Shown here: positions 62,241 through 64,000 of the stretch, piece by piece | How the letters are laid out: every line of letters starts with the position of its first letter | Numbering within the stretch: the stretch's first letter is position 1 | Assembly: GCA_030390025.1 (NCBI GenBank) | Contig: CM059449.1 | Coordinates: 15,376,001 to 15,440,000 of the forward strand | Length of the DNA: 64,000 bases | Direction of reading: 5' to 3' | Origin: Squalus acanthias | Taxonomy: Eukaryota | Translations under genes and position numbers: made by a program | The notes under the pieces: model-generated | Seen by the model: only the letters and a program-made list of their open reading frames with translations | Told to the model about the DNA's origin: nothing | Database searches by the model: none

Positions 62241-63057
62241 TGGCGGGCACCCAGTGGAGGGCACGAAGTGTACTAGATTGGGACTTGTGAGATTCATGAC
62301 AATATATGACTGACCACGACTTTCAACGCCAGCAACTGCATGACCATTCTTTTCGTTGGAGCCTCATCACGAGACATATTACTGGCTACACCGCCGATGA
62401 TGCTATCTGATGGACTGCACTGATACATTTTTGACTGTGCCAAGATGTCTCCTTCATTTTGGTTACATGCTGGAATGAATGAACTGATTTATTCGAAATG
62501 CAGCCTTTCGGTTTAGTGTACGTTGCCTGAATTTGAACCTGTAAATATATGCCTTTCCTGGAAGGGACGGAACGCTGCTTTAAAGGCATATCTCCTATTG
62601 GAGATGGTAAATAGATTCTGCAAGGAGATTCGAATGACCACCTGGCGTTTCTTAACATGCACACCGAAAAAGACAACAGCAGCGCCGCATAAATAGAATC
62701 TACAACAAAAACACCTGAACATTCTGCAAATAGACAGCAGGTCAGTCAGCATCTGTGGAGAGAGAATATGGGTGAACATTTCGAGCGGGAGCGTTCTTCA
62801 GAATTGAAAAAAATGAGAGGGGTTGGAAAAATAGTTGCCGATACCTCAATACGCGGAGGCTAATGGGTTGGATGATCTGTTAGCTGCTCCAAACAAGAAT
62901 AGGGGATTGTTAAATGCTACAAAGCATTGAAATGTTAGAAGCACGCAAACATTGCCTCAAGGGGAAAAAACACAAAATAGGCCGTCATTAAAGATCCAGT
63001 CCTGTCCCTCCAGAGCTGTGTTCCGACTAGAAGTCAACCCGCCACTTCAGAACTCTC

Positions 63058-63402
63058 AAAGCAACAGTAGCTTGTATCTGCATAGCACCTTCAATGTAAA
63101 AAAAATCGTCCCAAGGTGCTTCATAATGGTACAAGGAAAGATCCACGCCAAGCCAGAGAAGGAGTTCTTAGAAATGACCAAACGCTTGATGAAAGTGGCG
63201 GGTTTTAAGGAAAGTCTGAAAGGAGAAGATGGTGGAAAGGCGGAGGGGTTTAGGGAAGAGGTTCCAGAGAATGAGGCCTGTAGGGCTGAAAGCACAGCCA
63301 ATGATGGTGATGTAGAGGGGGGGAAACACAAGGTGGGAATCAGAGAAACCGAGGTCTAGGGCTGGGGGGGCTTTGTACGGATGGAGGCGCTTCGAGGCCA
63401 TG
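63058..63402 (-). mobile_element. Degenerate L2 LINE 3' end
   Basis: Homology to 47686-48078. Confidence 0.7.
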
Positions 63403-64000
63403 CAGGACTAGCATGTGTGTTTTTCCAACATTTCACTTTTCATTTTAGGCCCACATCTGCCGGAAGTCTCTCTTTTTTGTAAGTTCCTCCATTTTCTAAT
63501 TATCTAATGGCCCGTTGGTTTGTTTCTTGCATAACTTCCTGACTGAGATGCTCTTAAACTCGCCTGACAATCTCCTACTTTTCTATTCAGCAGGATTGTC
63601 ATTCCATTAACTTGCTCTGGAGCATCTGTCGTTTCCTCTTCTCCCTTTTGCTGATTCTATTAAGATGATTAGTTATCTTTTATCTCGGTTCTGCAGAAGA
63701 GTCCGGTACGAAATGTTCATCTCTCTTTTTATTTCTACAGATGTTGACTGCCCTGCTGTGCACTTTCAACATTTCCTGTTTATGTTTCGCAATAGCAGCA
63801 CTCCTCTGTAAGGAAGTGTAGCACTTGGATTCAAGTCAAGAATGATCGTCCTGCAGCTCGTTAAAAATCGATGTGCTTGACATAATCAGGACCATCCCTC
63901 CTCCTTCGCAAACATAGGCTTCTTATAATCATAGACGTTTATGGCACAGAAGGAGGCCATTCGGCCCATCGCGTCCGTGCTATCCAGCCTAATCCCACTT

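Overview
This is eukaryotic DNA, very probably from a cartilaginous fish (shark-type CR1/L2 LINEs, Deu-domain SINEs and Penelope elements); the species cannot be determined from the sequence. Roughly half or more of the window is transposon-derived, which explains most ORFs in the six-frame track. Manual splice-site reconstruction finds three host genes. (1) A RING/B-box/coiled-coil TRIM pseudogene (+, 2412-11725) whose B-box is split by a Penelope insertion with a 14-bp TSD and which has no detectable PRY/SPRY exon. (2) An NKp30/NCR3-like VJ-type Ig receptor gene (+, 26025 to ~38528/40245) with one leader exon, two tandem 98%-identical 342-bp V exons, one Arg-containing TM exon and a cytoplasmic SIYEDI ITIM-like motif. 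(3) A second, divergent NCR3-like gene (-, 56200 to <=53260) converging on the first. Other features are minimal hammerhead ribozymes in the Penelope tails, a solo LTR with TSD upstream of gene A, a PIF/Harbinger MITE, and a young CR1 whose empty site is visible in the paralogous duplicate. All calls were made by eye without database searches, and repeat boundaries are approximate.
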